Below are positions 1 to 12,190 of a DNA stretch of 64,000 nucleotides, piece after piece. The DNA is taken from the NCBI GenBank assembly GCA_011109175.1, contig RDEW01000078.1, positions 1 through 64,000 on the forward strand. The letters are read 5' to 3'. Below the pieces are notes generated by a model. It had not been told where the DNA came from, did not search any database, and saw nothing but the letters and a program-made list of their open reading frames with translations. This stretch comes from Dicyema japonicum. Taxonomy: Eukaryota; Animalia; Dicyemida. The position numbers and the translations under genes were made by a program. The first letter of the stretch is position 1. Each line of letters starts with the position of its first letter.

Positions 1-1526
1 CTTTTTATTAGCAAAGACGCCTTTTCTACGAGCAATTTAGTGTTTGTGGTTCTCCAACACACTCTAGATCATCCAAAAATTTCGGTTCTGAGCAGTCCAG
101 GTCACTTGTTCCGTCTTCCTGAGAGTCTTTGTTATCCATTCTTGTATAGATATTATTTATTCCCTTCTCTAGCTCCTTAGTTCTTTCGACAAAACCCGTC
201 TTATTCCTGTATGAAACAATCATCGACTCAAAAGTTTTTGTTAGACAGTGACAGCATCTCCGTAGAGATGCTCAAACCTTTGCAGACGAAGTGATGGATT
301 AGTTCCATAGTCCTTCTGAATACGAATTTTTTGGTTTGAAGAATTTTAGTAGCTGCGATTACCCATTTGACTCCATGAAGGTGAGGAAATCAAGTTAATC
401 TCAAAATCGAGTGTTTATCCAGAATATTCAATGAATGACTGCACAGATTGTTAGACCAATAGAACATTATTTGACAATTACTTGTATTTAACTGAGAAAA
501 GAGTTTCTACATATCCATACGTTTGCTATAATAATGTAAATTTATCACAATATTTTAATTTTCGCATGATTGGAAAAATGGGTGAATTAATGACCATAAA
601 AAATCTCTGTCGTAGAATATTGTGTAATCGTTGAATCATTAATATTATTGAAATATTACGTAATGTGTCATTATGGCTTCTCTAGGCGCTGAATGTACGA
701 CTGAGAGGTGCTACACATCTTAAATATATCAGTTTTCATTAAAAAAATATGTCGACAGTCCTCTTAAAAAAACTAGCTGTCTTGTAATTGTGATGTTAAA
801 TCATGAATTGTGACCTTTATGAGACTGTTATGAGGAGATTACAGAAATATGTAGAAATGTTTATAGAATGAAAGTACTGTGAGTAGTTTTGAAATATGTT
901 TATTTATTTTTGACTATGTCAGGAAAACAGTCCTCATACTGATTCTCTGTTACCGTTTGAAGTAGTAGAAGTATTAAGAAAAATAAAGTTATCGATAGGC
1001 AATCGTTCATTGGAAAGTGAGCTTTATATCATATGTTGCGCAACTTTACGTGAGATTACATAATTAAAAGTCAATTTTTCAGTTTAGATCAAGTAGAGGT
1101 TCCATTAAGCTTTGTGCACGTGAGTGTAGCTAAAGGTTTACGAGATTATGGAAGAGGACCTTTTTATCAAACATGTTGTCTCCGATCATTCGCATGTAAC
1201 TTGAGTTCTACTGAGAGATAACCTTTTATTTTCGAGAAATATTAAATCTAATTATCCCTTTGTTTTCCGAAGGCAGATGATACTTAGTCGAGTCCCTTCA
1301 TGACACTATTTCCAGATTATCACAATCCAGAAAACCGCAGTAAAGTTTATTTAGGTTTGCAAAGAATTTTGCAAATTATCGAGTGACAGGCCGGGTTGAG
1401 GGTTCACAGAAAGACCGACTACATAAAATAATAATATAAGTATCACAATCTCCTGAAACCATCAACTCAATGGATTTATGTAATCACAATTCTTCAGAAA
1501 ACATCATTAATTTTTTTTAATATATA

Positions 1527-1940
1527 TTTTTTTTTCAACAATAAAATATTATTCATTTAACTATGGGGGAGAGATGCTGCTGACATCACGGAGTAAGCGA
1601 TTTCGCGAACAACTGCGATACCAATTCTTTGCCACAGCCAGACCGCTTCCCGCACGTCTTTCTTGCGGTGCGCCAATTTTCCCCCGATTTCCTTTAGGAA
1701 AGAGGCTGTAATACTTCCGGTCGCACCATACGTCTCGATTGCTACCGGTACAAAACGGTACCGGTCTTCAATTTCGCCATATTTTTAATCTTGATTTTCT
1801 CGGCCAGATCGGCTGCCGATCCAGCAGACTGCGCCGAGCTGAGCATCATCGAGTTCGAGAAAGAATCCACAACAGTGCATTCCCATACGAGCGATTTTCC
1901 CTCAGTGAACGGGAAGATAGTTAACCCATCCGGTCTTTTC
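1527..1940 (-). mobile_element. CRE-clade non-LTR retrotransposon, 5'-truncated 3' end (restriction-like endonuclease)
   Basis: The minus strand reads KRPDGLTIFPFTEGKSLVWECTVVDSF, then after a frameshift FVPVAIETYGATG...WLWQRIGIAVVR. AATAAA and an A-run follow (T-run at 1527-1535 on +). Confidence 0.85.
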
Positions 1941-1960
1941 CACATCATTAATTGTCTGTG

Positions 1961-3918
1961 AATTATAATATCTAGATGTCTGTAGTAAGTAATCCCATTC
2001 AATATGGAGATTACCTCGCTTTACGTGAAAATGGAGTATTTGATAATTTATTTGAGATACCTACAAAATTGTAACACTGTTGAGATCCCTTACTTCTTGG
2101 ATGAACAGGAAGAGTGAGTATGTCACAATCATATGCAGTGAGTGTGATCTGAACACCCGCATGACCATTGCCCTTAATTAAGGAAATAATCAGTGAATGT
2201 ATAGTTGTTGGTGACTCAAAATAACTTTAATTGGATCATGGGGATGACAAGGTGATTGTAACTTTTATAAAATTGGATAAAACTAATTTATTTTAAAGGA
2301 ATTCATTTTCCTTTAAAATGCTTCAATTTTGTTTATTGTGATAATTTTGATGGTTTTTTATTATGAAATTAAAATATTTTTGTTTGACAACTTAGTTGAC
2401 TGTCAAATTATCGTTTACCAACCATGACGTTAAAACGATAACCAAAATGAGAAAACATCACTTTTTTAGGTCCAATCAATTCCAGGGTACATTGTAGTAC
2501 CACCAGATAAAATAATATTAGAGCTCCCTTATCACATTTCATTATATAATTTTATGTTGTCTCAGCAAGTCCGTTACTTTGACTCAGAATGAAGGACAGT
2601 TGTAAGAGTGTCTCCGGGCATCTGAATCTTTCATTTCCCACTATAATAATTTGTCTATCAAGTAATTCATAAGATTTTTCAAAAAATAACGAATTCTGAA
2701 AATATGTCATTTCTTTTAAAAAATTAAAACCAACATAACAAAGTTTTTCTTTAATTTCCATAACAATTTATCTTTATGCTGATAATTATGAACGATATCC
2801 CAGTTATGTATGCATTTTCATCAAATAGTCAATTAGATTAGATCCCATCCAACCAAGTTCATTTCCTTTATGAATAGAATCGAAGACAATCCCGGTTTCT
2901 CTTCCAGAAGTATAGAGTGACAAAACAGCAACAAACATAATGGGAGTCTTAAAAATTTCAAAAATACTCTGAGTCATTTTTTTCACGATTTCCTAATATT
3001 AAAAAAGTCAAAACTTAGGATTAAGAAGAAAAAGGACTGAATATTCTTTTGGAGTGACTCTTAGTTTCATTGTATAAGGTAGCCATATTTTTCCATGTTA
3101 TCCCAATTGTTGGCAACACTATGCTCATTGGATATTTAAGAGAAAGAATCCCTCGTGTAATTTAAGCCTAATCCATACATAACTATCAGTATTTCCAATT
3201 CCGACCATAATTCGCTATATCATTATTGTTAATCACTAACCACATGCTTTGGTCTTCCAACAAATGAGGGGAACACACCACGAGGTGCATCTTCCCCAGA
3301 GAATTCATTTTTATACATTGCAGATCCATTATCAACAATTAATGCACAATTTTTTTTCTCATTGATATTAAAATTATTATATAATCTTCGACTTTGTACA
3401 ACAATAATTAGTTCATTACAAGGATAACCCTTCAATAAAATTCGCATATTCGAGAAAAAGTAGTATTAATGATTTTGTGTGATTTTTATATGAGATTCAT
3501 GTGGTTAAGATATTACACAGTTGTGCAACCATAAGTTATTCAGTTTCATTCAAACATCTCTGAATTATTTTTCTTAACCATGTAAGACAGTCCTCTTAGT
3601 TGATGTTTAGCAAAAATCTTATAATTCTTCCAGAAAAGTTTATTCATATAGGCAGACTGACACTGTTGAGTATTTTTTGTAACGGTTCAGTCAATATTGA
3701 CGACTCAAAATGTAAAAATCACCTAACGTCTATCGTCACAAAGAAAAATCTCCAAATCAGATGACGAATCTATGAAATACTCACTAAAATTACTAGGATG
3801 ACAAACCTATGAAAAGAATCGATGATGTCCTCTAATGGGCCCATCATTAGCTTCATTATGATCTCAATTTTCTAGACTATAAATTATAATATCTAGATGT
3901 CTGTAGTAAGTAATCCCA
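1961..3918 (+). repeat. Identical 37-bp direct repeats at 1961-1997 and 3882-3918
   Basis: AATTATAATATCTAGATGTCTGTAGTAAGTAATCCCA occurs twice, and similarity extends a little further (..GGAGA). Confidence 0.85.
2440..3360 (-). pseudogene. actin: Actin pseudogene (many stops and frameshifts)
   Basis: Collinear actin motifs across several frames: [100 protein letters not shown]. Confidence 0.93.
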
Positions 3919-3938
3919 ATTTGAATTGTGGAGAAGTC

Positions 3939-4240
3939 ATATACAGGGTTTCCATATTATCAGGTTAATTTGTAACGTAAATACTAGAATTCCATTATTA
4001 TCAGGTTTATTCGAAAAAGGTATACAGAATATCCACTATTATCAGGTTAATTTGTATGGTACACAGGATTTCCACTATTATCAGGTTAATTTGTAAGGTT
4101 AAAAACGATTTCCATTATTAACAGGTTGTGTAAGAGATATACAGGATTTCCAATATTACTGATTTATGGCGAGGGATATACTGGATTTCCAATATTAACT
4201 ATTTATTTGTTAGAGATATACTGGATTTATCAAATTATTA
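3939..4240. repeat. Minisatellite, about 8 diverged units of about 39 bp
   Basis: Consensus is close to TATACAGGATTTCCACTATTATCAGGTTAATTTGTAAGG. Units start near 3940, 3980, 4021, 4060, 4099, 4138, 4177 and 4217. Confidence 0.9.
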
Positions 4241-4533
4241 ATAGAAGTACACTCGCGTTGAGTAAGTTTTAAATATTTAATATAATAGATAAAAAATCTG
4301 AAAGGAAAAATATCGACTGTAGTAATGAATAACTAAAGAAATAGTTTTTCAAATTTATTATTCTTTGTTGTTACCATAATGGATCCTTTGGTATCACGAG
4401 GCCCATGAGACATATTATTCGTGAAAATAATCTTGACATGATGAGACGACATAACAATTTGTGTCAATGGTATTAAATTGACAGGTTGTGATTATGAGCG
4501 TTGTACGTGGCCAGAAGACGTTCATACGCTTAA

Positions 4534-4779
4534 TTTATTAATTATAGAGTTGGGAGTTTTCTGGAGGTTAATACATCTGAGTCCTCCCTTAAGGCTTGGC
4601 TCCATATCTAATCCCTTCCTCCTTATTTAATTTTCTCAAAATGTTTCTCCCAGTTTATGTGTCATGGTTTTTTGATCTCTTGAAACCGTTGATCCGATCC
4701 TCCACAATTTTTGCTAATTGGTATAGCAGTTTGTTTCATCCTCGCTTAGACAGTATCTCTATTTCTTGTTTAAGGAGAG
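4534..4779 (-). mobile_element. Short retroposed insertion with 11-bp target-site duplication
   Basis: CATACGCTTAA occurs at 4523-4533 and 4780-4790. With the insert removed, the flanks align with the reverse complement of about 34910-35060. The minus-strand 3' end is A-rich, and there is a KGGLRCINL motif reminiscent of a non-LTR RT C-terminal region. Confidence 0.65.
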
Positions 4780-5589
4780 CATACGCTTAAACTTTACGCT
4801 GGCTCTTTTACACGAACATTCCCAGAACAACGCTCTGAGAAGTTTAGAATAACTTATTGACTGCCTATTTAAAATAGAATTTCTGGAGGTGACTATTGAA
4901 TCAATTATTAATCTTCTGTCCATGAAATATTCAATCATCAACAAATTCCTTACTATTTTCTATGAAGCGTTTTTTATCGATGGCTTTAACTGTTGCTAAA
5001 TACGTCCTAACATCAAAAGTATGATGAAGATGCGAACTTCTTAAAGCCCCATGATAAAAAAACTATTGAAATCAGCAACAAATATTAATTGCACATGCCA
5101 AATTAACGGATAACTACAAATTATTATTTACACTATCATAGGAATTATGATTAAAATTTTCATTGACGAGTGACTGAACATTTCACTGCGGGATTTGGTC
5201 ATCTATAAAAGTCTCACACCAACAAAATGATAAAAGAATTAAAGAGCATTACATGGTTCTACCCATAGGTCTGTGTCCTTCCTAGGTAATATGGCTAAGC
5301 GTAAAGTGCAGTATTATTATCACAAAAACAAACAAATGTCAAATATACTGTGATTATAATCTTCTCGATGCATAGTGCTGACATTTAGATAATAGGAAGT
5401 ATCCAATAGTGGCACTGTAAGTATTAATGTCCTCTAATAAGATTATTCGCTTGGAAATATCGTCAAAGCTCATGACATTATATGATGGAACAGTAATACA
5501 CCTTCATATGTGATTAAGACTTATGGCAATTGAGTCAAATCACAAACTCAACAGACTCAATAAAGTCGTTGGGAATAATTAATAGTTAT

Positions 5590-7303
5590 TGTCACCGTCC
5601 GTACGTGGAACTCAATCGATTTTTTTGCATTTTATAACATTTATCATGACTCTAATTAAATATACAATTTTTTCAAATCCATTGGATATATGGCATTAAT
5701 TATTCATTCAAAATAAAATATTAGAACAACCAGAAACAATTGAATACAATTAATGTAGGAAATGTTATTAAAAATTTAAAAAAAAACTAAGCGAAAATAA
5801 AAATTAATATTAAAAATGTAATTTTAGCTATTTCCCTAATAACTAAAATTAATTCCATACCATTGAAACTCCTTGACCTTTTTTTTCGTTGTTTGATTGT
5901 AGTCACAGTCCATTCGTAGAAAGACTCTGTCTCCTACATTCAACGATTTTTCATCATTTTTTATCTTCTTTTCTTATGCATTTTTCTGCAGCTACCAAAG
6001 TATGCCTTCGTGCAGAATCCCGTGACAAAGATAGGTCTTCATCTTCTTCATACTGTAGTAATCTATTTAAGCGTTCATCAGATATTTCTGGCGGATAATC
6101 CACTCCATTAAATATTTTGAAGGAGCATGTTTGGTGGTCTCGTGATTGGTAATATTGTAGCTGAATACAATATCTCCAGACTGGATTGATATTTTCACAG
6201 AGTTCCATCAGTAGAAAAAAGCGGATGATAGCCATTTTTTAAGAAGATTTAACCTATACATTATCATATAAATGATATTGCTCTACCTGGCCTTGAACCC
6301 ACGGTGCTCTTGGTCGTTCAAAAATATGTTTAACATTTAGCCTGTTACAAATTCTCTGAGAAAAGAGTTTCTGAACTCCAAAACATTGTCTGTTTGAAGT
6401 ATAATAAGTGGTCCATGGGTATAAAAAAATTTCTGGAAAATCTGAGATATTTCTTCAGTTGTTTTTGATTTAGCCATATCTACCATAGCAGATTTCGAAA
6501 AAGAATCAACATTACAAAAATCTAAATGTAAACTGAAGAAATATTACCCAAGAATATCCGTTATTCAAACTGGAATATCTTCTCAGATCCATCAAATCAG
6601 CAATATACCTATCACGCGGATATTCCGCAACAATAGCGGTAATTGGAGGCTAGTCTCAGTAAGTTTTATAATCTGACAGTAGACACATTTTTTACTGCAT
6701 CTGCAACTTCTACACAGTTAAATTGTAGATCTTTTTTCTTAGCATACTAAATAAACGATCTCTCCCCATATGTGCAAAATTGTGTTCACTCTAATGATTA
6801 ACAGGCAAAAACACTATTATCAATTGTTGTTTCAGTTTTGCTTTTCCTCACAAAAAATCGCTGAAATAAATTGTTGCCCTAATCCTATTATAATCGACTT
6901 ACTGTATAATAGACTATATCGTCCTCGAAAACTAGAAATGGGGCTAGTCTCCAAATGCGCTGTTTACTCTTTCTTGAAGCGACGCATCAAGATATCATTT
7001 TCTAGATATTCGATTATCTGACGCAACTCATCCATGTTCAACTTGAAGCTTATACCATGTGCAGAAATAAATAATTTATTTTATTTTAAATATTAATAAC
7101 GTTTTTTGTTAATTAAGAATAATAAAATATCATTAAAATGACACTCTATTCATATTGACTGATTTTTTTGCTACTTTATGTTTTTAAATATTAACGATTT
7201 TAACTAAAAACTACACCATTCAACTCAGAAAATTCTGAATTACTTAAAGAACTAATTTTTATTTTGATTGGTTCTTGTGGAGTTCCACGTACGGACGGTG
7301 ACA
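5590..7303 (-). mobile_element. Ginger2/TDD-like DNA transposon (integrase-type transposase, decayed) with TIRs and TSD
   Basis: 24-bp TIR TGTCACCGTCCGTACGTGGAACTC at 5590-5613, inverted at 7280-7303. Ends are TGT...ACA and the 5-bp TSD is GTTAT (5585-5589, 7304-7308). Minus-strand motifs: HNFAHMGRDR, YPRDRYIADLMDLRRY, ILQTDNVLEFRN, RPRAPWVQGQVE. Confidence 0.88.
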
Positions 7304-8470
7304 GTTATTATTATTTTTATTGGTTCTTGTGGAGTTCCACGTACGGACTGTGACAGTTATTATTAGTAATAGTTCACTATTATTTGATTATAATTGTGGT
7401 GAGGTTCTGCAAATAAAATCTAAATTTAGTCGACCTTTTTTACTGAAATTAATAAACATGCTTTATCACTGCACATCTTACTTGAATAAGTAAATTTGGA
7501 GAAAGTAATGATAGATTTAAAGTTTTAATTCATATAAACTCCGTTTTTAAATAGACACTATATCTATCAAGAAATGAGGTAAGAAAGTACCTTGTCTAGG
7601 ATACCTTTAAGTCAGAAAAAGTTAATTGCTTTTGGAAAAGACAATTTTTGCAAGTCCTACTGTAATCCACGAGGTTTCATGAAATTTAAACTAAAAAATA
7701 GATAAAATTATTTTTATTAAAAAATGAAAAATAAAAATTCGCTTTCCCTATCACGTTGAATACATCAAAATTGGATTTCACCAAACATTGGATACTACAA
7801 TATATTGAGAATGTATGTACCCCCTCCCAGTTCCTACCCCAAATGATTCAGTTTAATACCGATGTATTTCGACTTTATCAATAATTTGTTGGTATGGATA
7901 ACTGAATTAAAAGCGCTTTATTCAATACAAGGAATTTGTGTGTGCACATCTTTGCCGCTCTTACCAATTGGACAGTGTTCTGAGACACTACCAGTAATCA
8001 TAATATTATTGTCATAACTTTCAAACAAATATAGTCTTCGATAGAAAGTCTATTTTACTCCCAAATTCTATTTTTACTCCCAATTGAGAATAAGAATTTT
8101 TTCAAATCTTTATAAATCAAACATCCGATGAAGGAGCAACGAGTTCTTAATTCAATACATTGTATTAAAAATGAGTACGAAATCGTGCTGATTGAACACA
8201 AAAATGGGATGAAATCTATTCATACGAATGGAAATCTTACACTTAGGATACTGAGGCATGTGTCTTTCTTCCATATATTCTCGTAATTTCAATGAAAATC
8301 ACTCATAGAAATTTTCCGTGTATTTACTTGATACCTCTTCAAAAAGTGGTAATGAATTGATTTGAATTTTTAGAATAAAGTTGTAAATAAAATTACATTA
8401 ACTAGTTCTAATGTCCGGTAGGTGTTTAATTTTTTTACGAATGCTTTCTTTGATAAATTATGAAAATGTA

Positions 8471-9270
8471 TTATGGGCTGGGCTTGTATGTCAATTCCTC
8501 ATAGGTGATATGTGCTGCATACAACACTAGGGAGATGTCACCCAGTGACCCTACTGGCTTAGCCTCCACCGCATAAGCCACAGACTTATTGATACAGGTT
8601 AACACTACTCTGTTAACCTTACAATGAGGGATCTTGCAGGTAAATCTACGGTCGTCAAGTGGGAGATCTGCTGCTGCAGCGAGACTCCGCGCAAAGACCT
8701 CATAAACATGCTTGAGCTGCAACGTATAACACCTCTGGTGCTCGTGCTCTCTTTGACAGTTGTGATCATCTGGTCCCCGCCCCTTTAGACCAGTACCCTC
8801 TTTGCCTAAAGCCATTTTCTTGAGTTCACTCATAGCAGTACTGAATCTGCCGCTGCAGAGCTCCGCCAAGTATGGCCAACCATTCCAGGGCATTCGGGAT
8901 AGCCTGCTTCGTATATCTGTCTCAACGTGATATTGAAAAACTTACTTTTAACCATTGCATTTCGAAGCAGACTGTTCTCTTGGGGCGATGGGATGACAGC
9001 ATTCCCTTTTGGTAATGGTCGGAACCAGGTTTGGGACTCTAAGTTTTTTGATACGTACTCTCTGAAAAATTTAGTTGCTTCAGTCTCAGACACAGGTCTA
9101 AGCAAGCTGAAGATCAAAAGGGAAGGAAGCACAAAAGCATTTCGGATGATAACTGTTCGTTGCTTCTGAGACGTTAGCAATTCTTGACCAATATGCGGAC
9201 GATCGTAATGATCCAATAAAGGCAGGATGGCTTCGAGAAGATTTTTCGATAGCTATTGTCAGAAGAAACA
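8471..9270 (-). other. Intronless GC-richer coding island (one frameshift); candidate endogenous viral element, L-polymerase-like
   Basis: ORFs 8830-9216 and 8471-8893 overlap and join into about 260 codons, with sharp compositional edges. Motif spacing loosely follows the post-RdRp/capping region of Monjiviricetes L proteins. Recognised by eye only. Confidence 0.35.
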
Positions 9271-9320
9271 GTCTAGCAATCCAAAAACCTTAGATTTACT
9301 TTGTGGTATATTAAAGTCAT

Positions 9321-9478
9321 TTATTAAAGTCACAAGTCCGAAGAATATGTTCAAATTTAACTATTACGGATTATTCATATCACCAGAAACTATTCTCGAT
9401 ACGAAATCATGAATTAACTGACGGAATCGTAAACACAGTTAACTTCACCTCAAAAGAAATAACCGACATTAAATATTC
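9321..9478 (+). pseudogene. Fragment of a third protocadherin-like copy (last exon)
   Basis: Aligns to about 47751-47910 (FIKVTSPKNMFKFNYYGLFISPETILDTK vs FIKVISLKKMFKYNYFGSFVTPETILDTK). It is closer to copy 2 than to copy 1. Confidence 0.9.
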
Positions 9479-10038
9479 AAGACAAGAAGTTTACGATCAA
9501 ATAGTGAATTAGCGAAATTCAACACACAGACCATTCTCATATAAATGGCAAACTCACAAGCTCTTATTCTTCCATAAAGTATGTTTGTCAAAATTTCTCC
9601 AATTTTTGTACCTGATGAAATTCGACGCTTAAATTCCGTTATTTCTAATATCCACAAAAGAAATGGGGTCCAAGAAGATTTATTTATCTAGAGGAGACCA
9701 CTTAACCTTCGGGTCAATAAACCACATCGTTATCCGTTATTTAACATTAGAGACATAAGAATCTCGGTGGCTCAAGTAACTTCACTGTGAATTGAAGAAG
9801 TCAAAGAGCAGAAAGGAAATCTTTCGACCAGAAGGCATATATTGTTGTTCCCTTGCGATGAGGGGAAAGAACTCACTGCAATAAGAGCTGCAAAAGACAG
9901 CACTACAACTAGGATATCTGCTACAGATTTTCTCAGAATTTCCAAATCAGCAGGTACAAAAGATTATTGTACATGAATATCTAAAAGAATTCAGCGGTTT
10001 CACATTTCGTTAATTATTCGATCGATTATGCCCAACAA

Positions 10039-10357
10039 AAAAAGTAAGCACTCCAGCGTTACCATAAGCACGTATATTGCCTAGGGTTTCGCTCACACAC
10101 ACTTTATTTATGTAAAGAAAAGTTATTATAACTAATCGTAGAGGGAGAACCAAGGAATGCTCTTTACTTTGTTTTTTTTCTTGTGTGTATGTCTTTTTAG
10201 ACCATCCAGTTCCGCAATGAATCTCCACTGATGACAGCGTCACTTATCAAGCTCTATTCACCATAGATGAGTGGAATTTTTCACCAGGTAAACAGCAGCG
10301 GACAGCAGCGAGAATTGAACCCGTGACCTAAGCCACTTTGCCCGACACTTAACCACA
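10039..10357 (-). mobile_element. tRNA-headed SINE, type A
   Basis: Minus-strand head GTGGTTAAGTGTCGGG..GGGTTCAATTCTC (A/B-box-like). TSD ATGCC[C/G]AACAA at 10028-10038 and 10358-10368, with the empty site at 53014-53024. Homologous to 16200-16526 and 24258-24400. Confidence 0.85.
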
Positions 10358-11959
10358 ATGCCGAACAACAATGAAAAATGTTAAAAAGCAATATCAACCT
10401 TCATAGAAAATCAATGAACCATAAAATTTTGCAGTAACTGACAAAACAAAAATCATAAAAAGCGATGTGTAGTTATAATAAAAAAAATCACCATTTCAAT
10501 AAAAATATAAAATTATTCCAAAAACCATGGTAAAACCAAAATAACAACTCATTGATCCTGACGCGTTCCAGCGATCTCAAACTTGCCTCCAGGTAAGAAA
10601 TTGTATCCGGTAGAAAAAATTGCAAATTCTTTTCAACGCTGGCCAGGCATTAGACGTCTCCTTCGTAAGGTGGATCCAATGACGCCATCAGAGGAAAGGA
10701 AGATAATTTTTAAACCAATTATCAACATTGAACGACATGACGACACGTGGCTTTATGTTTTTCAACGAAATGCGTATTAAAAATGATTCAATAATAAAAT
10801 ATTGATTGAACTTACTTTTGCCCTTGGTCTTTGGATAATTTTTATTTATTTATTTTTAAAAATTTAATATTAGTTTATTTTTAAAAATTATTTTATTTTA
10901 TGGTAAACCTATTATTATAATAAAGGTTTTGCTGCCACGTTGTACCACATTTAGTGGTCGAATTTTCTGTCTCATTGTTTTTTATTGTCTGCAGATGATC
11001 TTCATTTATTAATTTATCTTCAAATGTATTTAAATCAGCCTATAGTGTGGTGAGTTGTTATCAAGATGTTGGAAATATTTTGGTGACCACAAAATTAGAT
11101 TTTTCTTTTCTGCACTATTTACTGATATGTTTGTATTTTTTTTATTGGAAAGAAAATATATTTTTCGAGGCATTTAATCACTGAAGATGAAGCTGTTGAT
11201 ACATCCGGCAAAATTTTTTTATTTTTTCATTTATTTTTTACAGTACGAAAACCTTGTTGGAATCCTTGTTTTATGGAGATACGGAGAAACGACCAAGTAT
11301 ACAAGTTTTTCAATAATTTTTTCATAGCGCACATGTTATGGAGATTGCATATATGAAGATCCCCTCCCTTTTGTTTTCTATCCTTCGATATTGGTTTGAT
11401 ATGCGAGTTGATAATCTATAATCAAAATACTGTCTAAGCTTTCTTTCCTAAACCATTGTTTAATCTACGAATAACATCTGCGAATGATGGCTTTCAAATT
11501 CCTACAACTTCAAATCCAAGTATATATTAATTAATAACAAACAACCTCAATTGTTGTATTCAATTTTTTCACCATTTGCTCTATCCAATCCTGTGACGCT
11601 TACTCTTATAGATCTTCTATGTCCAGACGGTCTTCTCTGTGGGATTACTACCAGGTTTGATATTTAATATCCTGCCTTGATTCCCTCTCGTAGATACCAA
11701 CGATATATAATATAGACGACTTCTTTATTCAACTGAATCATTTATTGTAGACTTATGTTATGTTTCAGTCGATATAGAATCTTTTATTTTAATTTATTCA
11801 CAAGATATGGGATATGATGTTTAAGATTATTTACTCAGTGGTCTATTCATGATTCAATAATAGTGGACCGTCTCCTGATAGTCTCTCCAAAAAGTTCAAA
11901 TATTCTTCATTGTCTTGTTTGAATTTCATTCAAAATATACTGTCCTGGTGAGAAAAAAA

Positions 11960-12190
11960 TAATAAAATACCAGTATTGTACACACGTGGGTTAATGTGGA
12001 TTAAAGCTTTGCCATTTCTTTTGAACATTTTCAACATGTTTACTGAAAGTCATGAGGAGTATGTGATACCGGTAATCTAAAAGAATACTATGGATGAGTA
12101 ACATGTTGTTATGGAAATGTCTTTATTCAAGAACTTCTGTGGGGACTCACTGTTCATTAATAAGAATGGTATCTTGCACGACCAAGGATA
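11960..12190 (-). mobile_element. LINE RT C-terminal fragment
   Basis: GITYSS.L.FSKHVENV-like motif. Absent from copy B of the surrounding element. Confidence 0.45.

Noticed and set aside
1-1400. Coding-like remnants (ORF 26-223; possible recombinase or helicase relics)
   Set aside because: No diagnostic motif could be recovered.
3939-4240. CRISPR-like array (also considered for 57201-57582)
   Set aside because: The variable parts are short and related to each other, the repeats are degenerate, there are no cas genes, and the context is eukaryotic.
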